Assembly (NCBI RefSeq): GCF_009914755.1
Contig: NC_060948.1
Origin: the human T2T-CHM13v2.0 reference genome, Homo sapiens
Reading direction: 5' to 3' (one strand)
DNA: 64,000 bases
Shown here one piece after another: positions 50,334 to 64,000 of this stretch (position 1 is its first letter; the number at the start of each line of letters is the position of its first letter). The notes beneath the pieces are model-generated. The model had not been told where the DNA came from, did no database searches, and worked only from the letters and a program-made list of their open reading frames with translations. A program made the translations under genes and the position numbers.

Positions 50334-52438
50334 AGATCCATATTTTTTAAATGAAAAAAAATTTCAAAGGTACTCTGCTTGGTACAATAATCAAATGTAT
50401 AAACTGAGGAATAAAACATAACCATGAAACCTACTTATAACTGCATATGGAAAATACAGAGGATAATTTTTTAAATAACATATTTTGAAAGCCTTAACTA
50501 GTAATTTGAAGAGTTGGCATTTGAAAGGCCAGTATGAATATACCTTCAAAGCAGCAACACAGGTTCCCCATGAGAAAAAGCAAACACAGGGAAAATAAAA
50601 ACACAAAGGTTCAATCTCTTCTGACCTTTGAAAGACACAGCACAGACAGTGGTCCTTAGGACGAAGCGCAGGAGACCCCTAATTCCGTCACCATGGCGAT
50701 AGGGCATAAACATTGCTGGGTGAGGGCACAATCCACATTGTGAGGTCCAACTGCTGCCAGGAAGACAGGAGTGCTTTTACATAGACCGAAAGGTCATTGA
50801 AGGCTCAGAGTTTTGTTTCAAGAACTGAATCCCAAGCCCACACGTTATTAGGCTGCGCTTCTTAAAACAAGTTATGAGATGGGAAAAAGGGCACCCACAA
50901 ACATACGTATACATTATGTATATAATAATATACAGTATCATATATATAATATATATAACCTATGTATAATATTGTTTTACATCCTGCATCTTATGTTATA
51001 TATATTGTATAAAATATAATAATTGATAATATATAAGTTTTATATTTATACAATATGACATATAGTATATATTATAATTTATGACATATATAATATATGT
51101 TATATATCATATATAGAATATATTATACGGTTAATATACGTATTAAATATAAATTATACATTATATATATTATATATAATATATCTGTTATATATAATAC
51201 CCATTATGCATAATATATATATTATGTCTATGTTATATATAGTATAAAACAACATATAATAATATATAATTGTATATATAAAATGCGACATATAATATAT
51301 ATTATATTTTATAACATATGTAATATATATTATATATTATATATAATACGTTGTATGTATAATACCTATATTAAATATATATTATATGACTATGTTATTA
51401 ATTACACGTCACATGTGTTATATATTATATATTTTACATAGAATATACCGGTTACATACAATATATACTATGTTACCTATAATGTATAATTTATTACATG
51501 TAAAATAAAGAATGCAATATATTATGCAAAATTTATAATATACCATATGTGAAATGTGATATATATAACATATAATATATGATATAAGATATACAGTGTA
51601 TGATATATAACATACAATATATGATTCCTAATATATATGGTATACAATATATATTTTATGATATGTATTCTATATGTTTTATATTCTGTTATATATAACT
51701 ATTTGAAATTATATATAACTGTATAATATTTTATGTAAATATGTAATATAATATATATAACTATATAATATATTTTATATAACTATATATTATGTTATAT
51801 ATACTTTTATAACATAATTTACATAAAATATCATAATATAATATATATTATATTATTTCATATTACATAATATATATTACATATCACCCAATATAACTAA
51901 CATACATAATATTATAATATAGATTATATTATGTTATATTAAATATCATATATATCATGTATCATATATTCTATAATATATATTACACATTATATAATAT
52001 GTATGTTGTCTATTATGTGATATATATAACAATATATATAATTATATTTTTATACATATAACTAGATAAACACGTAATTCTACAAATTTTCATTTATAAT
52101 ATGTAGAATTATATAATCATATATAATTATTTATATTCTTTAAAAAATTTTATCATTATATAAATTATAATATATAAAAATTATAATATGTACTACAAAT
52201 ATATATATTATATATCATATATGATATAGTACCTTTGTTATATATCATAATACATATAAATGTGTATTATGTTATCTATAATTATATAATTTCATATATA
52301 AGATGTATAATATGTATCATATATTATATATGTTATGTAATATATATAGTATATATAAGATGACACAGGATAAATATTATGTACTATGACATATAAAATA
52401 TATCAGGTTATATGTTACATATAAGTCATAGCACATAA

Positions 52439-52753
<315 letters not shown>

Positions 52754-54881
52754 AGATCCATATTTTTTAAATGAAAAAAAATTTCAAAGGTACTCTGCTT
52801 GGTACAATAATCAAATGTATAAACTGAGGAATAAAACATAACCATGAAACCTACTTATAACTGCATATGGAAAATACAGAGGATAATTTTTTAAATAACA
52901 TATTTTGAAAGCCTTAACTAGTAATTTGAAGAGTTGGCATTTGAAAGGCCAGTATGAATATACCTTCAAAGCAGCAACACAGGTTCCCCATGAGAAAAAG
53001 CAAACACAGGGAAAATAAAAACACAAAGGTTCAATCTCTTCTGACCTTTGAAAGACACAGCACAGACAGTGGTCCTTAGGACGAAGAGCAGGAGACCCCT
53101 AATTCCGTCACCATGGCGATAGGGCATAAACATTGCTGGGTGAGGGCACAATCCACATTGTGAGGTCCAACTGCTGCCAGGAAGACAGGAGTGCTTTTAC
53201 ATAGACCGAAAGGTCATTGAAGGCTCAGAGTTTTGTTTCAAGAACTGAATCCCAAGCCCACACGTTATTAGGCTGCGCTTCTTAAAACAAGTTATGAGAT
53301 GGGAAAAAGGGCACCCACAAACATACGTATACATTATGTATATAATAATATACAGTGTCATATATATAATATATATAACCTATGTATAACATTGTTTTAC
53401 ATCCTGCATCTTATGTTATATATATTGTATAAAATATAATAATTGATAATATATAAGTTTTATAATTATACAATATGACATATAGTATATATTATAATTT
53501 ATGACATATATAATATATGTTATATGTCATATATAGAATATATTATACGGTTAATATACGTATTAAATATAAATTATACATTATATATATTATATATAAT
53601 ATATCTGTTATATATAATAACCATTATGCATAATATATATATTATGTCTATGTTATATATAGTATAAAACAACATATAATAATATATAATTGTATATATA
53701 AAATGCGACATATAATATATATTATATTTTATAACACATGTAATATATATTTTATATTATATATAATACGTTGTATGTATAATACCTATATTAAATATAT
53801 ATTATATGACTATGTTATTAATTACATGTCACATGTGTTATATATTATATATTTTACATAGAATATACCGGTTGCATACAATATATACTATGTTACCTAT
53901 AATGTATAATTTATTACATGTAAAATAAAGAATGCAATATATTATGTATAATTTATAATATACCGTATGTGGAATGTGATATATATAACATATAATATAT
54001 GATATATGATATACAGTATATGATATATAACATACGATATATGATTCCTAATATATATGGTATACAATATATATTTTATGATATGTATTCTATATGTTTT
54101 ATATTCTGTTATATATAACTATTTGAAATTATATATAACTGTATAATATTTTATGTAAATATGTAATATAATGTATATAACTATATATTATATTATATAT
54201 AACTATATATTATGTTATATATACTTTTATAACATAATTTACATAAAATATCATAATATAATATATATTATATTATTTCATATTACATAATATATATTAC
54301 ATATCACCCAATATAACTAACATACATAATATTATAATATAGATTATATTGTGTTATATTAAATATCATATATATCATGTATCATATATTCTATAATATA
54401 TATTACACAGTATATAATATGTATGTTGTCTATTATGTGATATATATAACTATATATATAATTATATTTTTATACATATAACTAGATAAACATGTAATTC
54501 TACATATTTTCATTTATAATATGTAGAATTATATAATCATATATAATTATTTATATTCTATAAAAAATTTTATCATTATATAAATTATAATATATAAAAA
54601 TTATAATATGTACTACAAATATATATATTATATATCATATATGATATAGTACCTTTGTTATATATCATAATACATATAAATGTGTATTATGTTATCTATA
54701 ATTATATAATTTCATATATAAGATGTATAATATGTGTCATATATTATATATGTTATGTAATATATATAGTATATATAAGATGACACAGGATAAATATTAT
54801 ATACTATGACATATAAAATATATGAGGTTATATGTTACATATAAGGCATAGCACATAACATGTAATATATATCATATATAA

Positions 54882-55173
54882 TTTTTTTTTAGACAGAATC
54901 TTGTCCTGTTGCACAGGGTGGGGTACAATGGCGCCATCTTTGCTCACTGCAACTTCTCCCTCACGGGTCCAAGCGATTGTCCTCCCTCAGCCTCCCAGGT
55001 AGCTGGGACTACACCACACTGGGACTACACCAGCTGCCACCATGCCTAGCTAATTTTTTGGATTTTTAGTAGTGACAGCGTTTCACTGTATTGGCCAGGA
55101 TGGTCTTGATCTCTTCACCTTGTGATCCCCTTGCCTTGGCCTCCAAATTTGCTGGGATTACAGGCCTGAGCCA
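54882..55173 (-). mobile_element. DYZ2 Alu fragment, unit 12
   Basis: Same reverse-complement Alu. Confidence 0.9.
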
Positions 55174-57278
55174 AGATCCATATTTTTTAAATGAAAAAAA
55201 ATTTCAAAGGTACTCTGCTTGGTACAATAATCAAATGTATAAACTGAGGAGTAAAACATAACCATGAAACCTACTTATAACTGCATATGGAAAATACAGA
55301 GGATAATTTTTTAAATAACATATTTTGAAAGCCTTAACTAGTAATTTGAAGAGTTGGCATTTGAAAGGCCAGTATGAATATACCTTCAAAGCAGCAACAC
55401 AGGTTCCCCATGAGAAAAAGCAAACACAGGGAAAATAAAAACACAAAGGTTCAATCTCTTCTGACCTTTGAAAGACACAGCACAGACAGTGGTCCTTAGG
55501 ACGAAGAGCAGGAGACCCCTAATTCCGTCACCATGGCGATAGGGCATAAACATTGCTGGGTGAGGGCACAATCCACATTGTGAGGTCCAACTGCTGCCAG
55601 GAAGACAGGAGTGCTTTTACATAGACCGAAAAGTCATTGAAGGCTCAGAGTTTTGTTTCAAGAACTGAATCCCAAGCCCACACGTTATTAGGCTGTGCTT
55701 CTTAAAACAAGTTATGAGATGGGAAAAAGGGCACCCACAAACATACGTATACATTATGTATATAATAATATACAGTGTCATATATATAATATATATAACC
55801 TATGTATAATATTGTTTTACATCCTGCATCTTATATTATATATATTGTATAAAATATAATAATTGATAATATATAAGTTTTATAATTATACAATATGACA
55901 TATAGTATATATTATAATTTATGACATATATAATATATGTTATATGTCATATATAGAATATATTATACGGTTAATATACGTATTAAATATAAATTATACA
56001 TTATATATATTATATATAATATATCTGTTATATGTAATACCCATTATGCATAATATATATATTATGTCTATGTTATATATAGTATAAAACAACATATAAT
56101 AATATATAATTGTATATATAAAATGCGACATATAATATATATTATATTTTATAACATATGTAATATATATTATATATTATATATAATACGTTATACGTAT
56201 AATACCTATATTAAATATATATTATATGACTATGTTATTAATTACATGTCACATGTGTTATATATTATATATTTTACATAGAATATACCGGTTACATACA
56301 ATATATACTATGTTACCTATAATGTATAATTTATTACATGTAAAATAAAGAATGCAATATATTATGTATAATTTATAATATACAATATGTGGAATGTGAT
56401 ATATATAACATATAATATATGATATTTGATATACAGTATATGATATATAACATACAATGTATGATTCCTAATATATATGGTATACAATATATATTTTATG
56501 ATATGTATTCTATATGTTTTATATTCTGTTATATATAACTATTTGAAATTATATATAACTGTATAATATTTTATGTAAATATGTAATATAATATATATAA
56601 CTATATAATATATTATATATAACTATATATTATGTTATATATACTTTTATAACATAATTTACATAAAATATCATAATATAATATATATTATATTATTTCA
56701 TATTACATAATATATATTACATATCACCCAATAGAACTAACATACATAATATTATAATATAGATTATATTGTGTTATATTAAATATCATATATATCATGT
56801 ATCATATATTCTACAATATATATTACACATTATATAATATGTATGTTGTCTATTATGTGATATATATAACTATATATATAATTATATTTTTATACATATA
56901 ACTAGATAAACATGTAATTCTACATATTTTCATTTATAATATGTAGAATTATATAATCATATATAATTATTTATATTCTATAAAAAATTTTATCATTATA
57001 TAAATTATAATATATAAAAATTATAATATGTACTACAAATATATATATTATATATCATATATGATATAGTACCTTTGTTATATTTCATAATACATATAAA
57101 TGTGTATTATGTTATCTATAATTATATAATTTCATATATAAGATGTATAATATGTATCTTATGTTATATATGTTATGTAATATATATAGTATATATAAGA
57201 TGACACAGGATAAATATTATATTCTATGACTTATAAAATATATGAGGTTATATGTTACATATAAGGCATAGCACATAA

Positions 57279-57593
<315 letters not shown>

Positions 57594-59698
57594 AGATCCA
57601 TATTTTTTAAATGAAAAAAAATTTCAAAGGTACTCTGCTTGGTACAATAATCAAATGTATAAACTGAGGAATAAAACATAACCATGAAACCTACTTATAA
57701 CTGCATATGGAAAATACAGAGGATAATTTTTTAAATAACATATTTTGAAAGCCTTAAGTAGTAATTTGAAGAGCTGGCATTTGAAAGGCCAGTATGAATA
57801 TACCTTCAAAGCAGCAACACAGGTTCCCCATGAGAAAAAGCAAACACAGGGAAAATAAAAACACAAAGGTTCAATCTCTTCTGACCTTTGAAAGACACAG
57901 CACAGACAGTGGTCCTTAGGACGAAGAGCAGGAGACCCCTAATTCCGTCACCATGGCGATAGGGCATAAACATTGCTGGGTGAGGGCACAATCCACATTG
58001 TGAGGTCCAACTGCTGCCAGGAAGACAGGAGTGCTTTTACATAGACCGAAAGGTCATTGAAGGCTCAGAGTTTTGTTTCAAGAACTGAATCCCAAGCCCA
58101 CACGTTATTAGGCTGCGCTTCTTAAAACAAGGTATGAGATGGGAAAAAGGGCACCCACAAACATACGTATACATTATGTATATAATAATATACAGTATCA
58201 TATATATAACATATATAACCTATGTATAATATTGTTTTACATCCTGCATCTTATGTTATATATATTGTATAAAATATAATAATTGATAATATATAAGTTT
58301 TATAATTATACAATATGACATATAGTATATATTATAATTTATGACATATATAATATATGTTATATGTCATATATAGAATATATTATACGGTTAATATACG
58401 TATTAAATATAAATTATACATTATATATATTATATATAATATATCTGTTATATATAATACCCATTATGCATAATATATATATTATGTCTATGTTATATAT
58501 AGTATAAAACAACATATAATAATATATAATTGTATATATAAAATGCGACATATAATATATATTATATTTTATAACATATGTAATATATATTATATATTAT
58601 ATATAATACGTTGTATGTATAATACCTATATTAAATATATATTATATGACTATGTTATTAATTACATGTCACATGTGTTATATATTATATATTTTACATA
58701 GAATATACCGGTTACATACAATATATACTATGTTACCTATAATGTATAATTTATTACATGTAAAATAAAGAATGCAATATATTATGTATAATTTATAATA
58801 TACCATATGTGGAATGTGATATATATAACATATAATATATGATATATGATATACAGTATATGATATATAACATACAATATATGATTCCTAATATATATGG
58901 TATACAATATATATTTCATGATTTGTATTCTATATGTTTTATATTCTGTTATATATAACTATTTGAAATTATATATAACTGTATAATATTTTATGTAAAT
59001 ATGTAATATAATATATATAACTATATAATATATTATATATAACTATATATTATGTTATATATACTTTTATAACATAATTTACATAAAATATCATAATATA
59101 ATATATATTATATTATTTCATATTACATAATATATATTACATATCACCCAATATAACTAACATACATAATATTATAATATAGATTATATTATGTTATATT
59201 AAATATCATATATATCATGTATCATATATTCTATAATATATATTACACATTATATAATATGTATGTTGTCTATTATGTGATATATACAACTACATATATA
59301 ATTATATTTTTATACATATAACTAGATAAACATGTAATTCTACATATTTTCATTTATAATATGTAGAATTATATAATCATATATAATTATTTATATTCTA
59401 TAAAAAATTTTATCATTATATAAATTATAATATATAAAAATTATAATATGTACTACAAATATATATATTATATATCATATATGCTATAGTACCTTTGTTA
59501 TATATCATAATACATATAAATGTGTATTATGTTATCTATAATTATATAATTTCATATATAAGTTGTATAATATGTATCATATATTATATATGTTATGTAA
59601 TATATATAGTATATATAAGATGACACAGGATAAATATTGTATACTATGACATATAAAATATATGAGGTTATATGTTACATATAAGGCATAGCACATAA

Positions 59699-60013
<315 letters not shown>

Positions 60014-62116
60014 AGATCCATATTTTTTAAATGAAAAAAAATTTCAAAGGTACTCTGCTTGGTACAATAATCAAATGTATAAACTGAGGAATAAAACATA
60101 ACCATGAAACCTACTTATAACTGCATATGGAAAATACAGAGGATAATTTTTTAAATAACATATTTTGAAAGCCTTAACTAGTAATTTGAAGAGCTGGCAT
60201 TTGAAAGGCCAGTATGAATATACCTTCAAAGCAGCAACACAGGTTCCCCATGAGAAAAAGCAAACACAGGGAAAATAAAAACACAAAGGTTCAATCTCTT
60301 CTGACCTTTGAAAGACACAGCACAGACAGTGGTCCTTAGGACGAAGAGCAGGAGACCCCTAATTCCGTCACCATGGCGATAGGGCATAAACATTGCTGGG
60401 TGAGGGCACAATCCACATTGTGAGGTCCAACTGCTGCCAGGAAGACAGGAGTGCTTTTACATAGACCGAAAGGTCATTGAAGGCTCAGAGTTTTGTTTCA
60501 AGAACTGAATCCCAAGCCCACACGTTATTAGGCTGCGCTTCTTAAAACAAGTTAGGAGATGGGAAAAAGGGCACCCACAAACATACGTATACATTATGTA
60601 TATAATAATATACAGTATCATATATATAATATATATAACCTATGTATAATATTGTTTTACACCCCGCATCTTATGTTATATATAGTATAAAATATAATAA
60701 TTGAAAATATATAAGATTTATAATTATACAATATGACATATAGTATATATTATAATTTATGACATATATAATATATGTTATATGTCATATATAGAATATA
60801 TTATACAGTTAATATACGTATTAAATATAAATTATACATTATATATATTATATATAATATATCTGTTATATATAATACCCATTATGCATAATATATATAT
60901 TATGTCTATGTTATATATAGTATAAAACAACATATAATAATATATAATTGTATATATAAAATGCGACATATAATATATATTATATTTTATAATATATGTA
61001 ATATATATTATATATTATATATAATACGTTGTATGTATAATACCTATATTAAATATATATTATATGACTATGTTATTAATTACATGTCACATGTGTTATA
61101 TATTATATATTTTACATAGAATATACCGGTTACATACAATATATACTATGTTACCTATAATGTATAATTTATTACATGTAAAATAAAGAATGCAATATAT
61201 TATGTATAATTTATAATATACCATATGTGGAATGTGATATATATAACATATAATACATGATATATGATATAAAGTATATGATATATAACATACAATATAT
61301 GATTCCTAATATATATGGTATACAATATATATTTTATGATATGTATTCTATATGTTTTATATTCTGTTATATATAACTATTTGAAATTATATATAACTGT
61401 ATAATATTTTATGTAAATATGTAATATAATATATATAACTATATAATATATTATATATAACTATATATTATGTTATATATACTTTTATAACATAATTTAC
61501 ATAAAATATCATAATCTAATATATATTATATTATTTCATATTACATAATATATATTACATATCACCCAATATAACTAACATACATAATATTGTAATATAG
61601 ATTATATTATGTTATATTAAATATCATATATATCATGTATCATATATTCTATAATATATATTACACATTATATAATATGTATGTTGTCTATTATGTGATA
61701 TATATAACTATATATATAATTATATTTTTATACATATAACTAGATAAACATGTAATTCTACATATTTTCATTTATAATATGTAGAATTATGTAATCATAT
61801 ATAATTATTTATATTCTATAAAAAATTTTATCATTCTATAAATTATAATATATAAAAATTATAATATGTACTACAAATATATATATTATATATCATATAT
61901 GATATAGTACCTTTGTTATATATCATAATACATATAAATGTGTATTATGTTATCTATAATTATATAATTTCATATATAAGATGTATAATATGTATCATAT
62001 ATTATATATGTTATGTAATATATATAGTATATATAAGATGACACAGGATAAATATTATATACTATGACATATAAAATATATCAGGTTATATGTTACATAT
62101 AAGGCATAGCACATAA

Positions 62117-62431
<315 letters not shown>

Positions 62432-64000
62432 AGATCCATATTTTTTAAATGAAAAAAAATTTCAAAGGTACTCTGCTTGGTACAATAATCAAATGTATAA
62501 ACTGAGGAATAAAACATAACCATGAAACCTACTTATAACTGCATATGGAAAATACAGAGGATAATTTTTTAAATAACATATTTTGAAAGCCTTAACTAGT
62601 AATTTGAAGAGCTGGCATTTGAAAGGCCAGTATGAATATACCTTCAAAGCAGCATCACAGGTTCCCCAATGAGAAAAAGCAAACACAGGGAAAATAAAAA
62701 CACAAAGGTTCAATCTCTTCTGACCTTTGAAAGACACAGCACAGACAGTGGTCCTTAGGACGAAGAGCAGGAGACCCCTAATTCCGTCACCATGGCGATA
62801 GGGCATAAACATTGCTGGGTGAGGGCACAATCCACATTGTGAGGTCCAACTGCTGCCAGGAAGACAGGAGTGCTTTTACATAGACCGAAAGGTCATTGAA
62901 GGCTCAGAGTTTTGTTTCAAGAACTGAATCCCAAGCCCACACGTTATTAGGCTGCGCTTCTTAAAACAAGTTATGAGATGGGAAAAAGGGCACCCACAAA
63001 CATACGTATACATTATGTATATAATAATATACAGTGTCATATATATAATATATATAACCTATGTATAATATTGTTTTACATCCTGCATCTTATGTTATAT
63101 ATATTGTATAAAATATAATAATTGATAATATATAAGTTTTATAATTATACAATATGACATATAGTATATATTATAATTTATGACATATATAATATATGTT
63201 ATATGTCATATATAGAATATATTATACGGTTAATATACGTATTAAATATAAATTATACATTATATATATTATATATAATATATCTGTTATATATAATACC
63301 CATTATGCATAATATATATATTATGTCTATGTTATATATAGTATAAAACAACATATAATAATATATAATTGTATATATAAAATGCGACATAGAATATATA
63401 TTATATTTTATAACATATGTAATATATATTATATATTATATATAATACGTTGTATGTATAATACCTATATTAAATATATATTATATGACTATGTTATTAA
63501 TTACATGTCACATGTGTTATATATTATATATTTTACATAGAATATACCGGTTACATACAATATATACTATGTTACCGATAATGTATAATTTATTACATGT
63601 AAAATAAAGAATGCAATATATTATGTATAATTTATAATATACCATATGTGGAATGTGATACATATAACATATAATATATGATATATGATATACAGTATAT
63701 GATATATAACATAAAATATGTGATTCCTAATATATATGGTATACAATATATATTTTATGATATGTATTCTATATGTTTTATATTCTGTTATATATAACTA
63801 TTTGAAATTATATATAACTGTATAATATTTTATGTAAATATGTAATATAATGTATATAACTATATATTATATTATATATAACTATATATTATGTTATATA
63901 TACTTTTATAACATAATTTACATAAAATATCATAATATAATATATATTATATTATTTCATATTACATAATATATATTACATATCACCCAATATAACTAAC

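Noticed and set aside
62489-62830. 113-aa fused ORF in the last DYZ2 unit
   Set aside because: Produced by a 1-bp insertion (GTTCCCCAATGAG versus GTTCCCCATGAG, ~62669) joining two spurious frames; a private mutation or a sequencing error.

Overview
Human (hominid) Y-chromosome Yq12-type heterochromatin, made entirely of satellite DNA, with no credible protein-coding or RNA gene. Bases 1-27277 are about 7.6 tandem copies of the ~3.56-kb DYZ1/HSat3 unit (degenerate GGAAT pentamers; one HaeIII site per unit, spacings 3569/3564/3539/3564/3539/3564). Bases 27278-64000 are a DYZ2/HSat1B array of ~2.42-kb composite units (old minus-strand Alu fragment + ~570-bp HSATI-type segment + ~1.55-kb AT-rich segment), with 15 Alu-bearing copies. 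Notable structure: a sharp DYZ1/DYZ2 junction with 3-bp ATC overlap; a ~760-bp deletion in the first DYZ2 unit; a very young 5'-truncated AluY (Yc1-type diagnostic base) with a target-site duplication, lying tail-to-tail with the resident DYZ2 Alu; local dimeric duplications in both arrays (7103 bp and ~4830 bp); a DYZ2 variant-class switch near 44.6 kb; and three perfect in-register heat-shock elements in every DYZ1 unit. I found no evidence of a new gene system. All ORFs in the track are explained as repeat translations.
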